NCBI RefSeq assembly: GCF_001194135.2
Contig: NC_068987.1
Span: 83,039,662-83,103,661, forward strand
DNA: 64,000 nucleotides
Reading direction: 5' to 3'
From: Octopus bimaculoides
Lineage: Eukaryota
The position numbers and the translations under genes are program-made. This document shows, one piece after another, positions 62,738 to 64,000 of this stretch (position 1 is its first letter; each line of letters opens with the position of its first letter). Below the pieces are notes generated by a model that was given only the letters and a program-made list of their open reading frames with translations, did not search any database and was not told the DNA's origin.

Positions 62738-63190
62738 TGTGTGTGTGTGTGTGTATGTGTGCGTGAATATGTGTGAATGTGTGTGTGTATATGTATGTGC
62801 GAGTGTGTGTGTGTGAATGTATATATATGTATGTTTGTGTGTATATGTTTGTGTATGTGTGTGTGTGTGTGAATTTATATGTATGTGTGTATGTTTATGT
62901 ATATATGAATGTGTGAATTTATGTGTGTGTATATATGTATGTTTGTGTATATATGAATNNNNNNNNNNATATGTATGTGTGTATGTTTATGTATATATGA
63001 ATGTGTGAATTTATGTGTGTGTATATATGTATGTTTGTGTATATATGAATGTGTGTGTGTGTATATGTATGTTTGTGTATATATGAATGTGTGTATATAT
63101 GTATGTTTGTGTATATATGTATGCTTGTGTATATATGAATGTGTGTGTTTGAATGTATATGCGTGTATATGTATATCTGTGTGTATATAT
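62738..63190. repeat. Compound (GT)n/(AT)n/TATG-GAAT low-complexity repeat spanning a 10-N gap
   Basis: Directly visible. Confidence 0.95.
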
Positions 63191-64000
63191 TATATGCTTC
63201 GATGTAAGAAAAATTAGTTGATTGTATTCCTTTTTTTTAATCTTTTTAAATTCTTAATGCAAAAATGAATTATTTATAAGAGACAATTTTTACCTGAGGT
63301 CTTTTTAAATTTTATATTTATTATTACTGTTGTGTGTGTGTGTGTGTGTGTGTGTAATTTTTATTATTAGAAGGACAAGGTTAAAACTAAAAAGTTATTA
63401 CTCTTAATAATGCCTGAGTTAGTGAAATGGTATTTGTGAATATTTCAATTTGCAATGCAACCATGAGGTTTCGAGTTCAGTACCACTGCACAGCATCTTG
63501 GACAAGCATCTTCTACAATAGCTCTAGGTTAACAAATGCTTTGCAAATGAACTTAGTTGATGGAAACTGTATGGAAGCCAGTCATCATCATCGTTTAAAA
63601 TCTGTTGTCCATGCTGGCAGGGGTTGGACAGTTTTACCGGGGCTGGTAAGCTGGAAGGCTGCACCAGACTCCAGTCTGATTTGGCATGGTTTTCTACAGC
63701 TGGATGCCCTTCTTAATGCCAACCACTACGAGAGTATAATGGATGCTTTTATGTGCCACCAGCATGGGTGCCATTTGTGGGTGAATGAATATATGTGCGT
63801 GTGTGAGTGCGTTTGACAACCAGTGTCGTTTTTTACATCCCTTTAACTTAGCATCATCATCATCATCATCATCATCGTTTAACGTCCGCTTTCCATGCTA
63901 GCATGGGTTGGACGATTTGACTGAGGACTGGTGAAACCGGATGGCAACACCAGGCTCCAGTCTGATTTGGCAGAGTTTCTACAGCTGGATGCCCTTCCTA

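Overview
AT-rich, repeat-dense eukaryotic draft genomic DNA with 8 N-gaps. The repeat content looks like an Octopus/cephalopod assembly (inference). The only supportable protein-coding gene is a + strand TERB1 (CCDC79)-like meiotic telomere gene. Six GT-AG exons (26598-26708, 30223-30351, 36999-37130, 41319-41379, 49147-49268, 62453-62578) splice in frame into an ARM-repeat N-terminal region, with a probable first coding exon at 20521-20554; the gene continues past the window end. None of these exons is shown as such in the ORF track, whose ORFs are almost all repeat or microsatellite artefacts. The rest is intronic/intergenic: several tRNA-headed SINE families, RTE LINE fragments and their (GAT)n-tailed 3' UTRs, an internally deleted mariner, a Helitron 3' fragment, hAT/piggyBac/Tigger-type MITEs and microsatellites. 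The most unusual structure is a ~540 bp zero-spacer palindrome (35643-36183) made of two head-to-head copies of a tRNA-promoter element, each ending in a minimal Penelope-type hammerhead ribozyme motif, nested inside a hAT MITE in a TERB1 intron. Further hammerhead-like motifs occur at ~31810 and ~59376. All homology calls come from manual translation and recalled family motifs; no database search was run.
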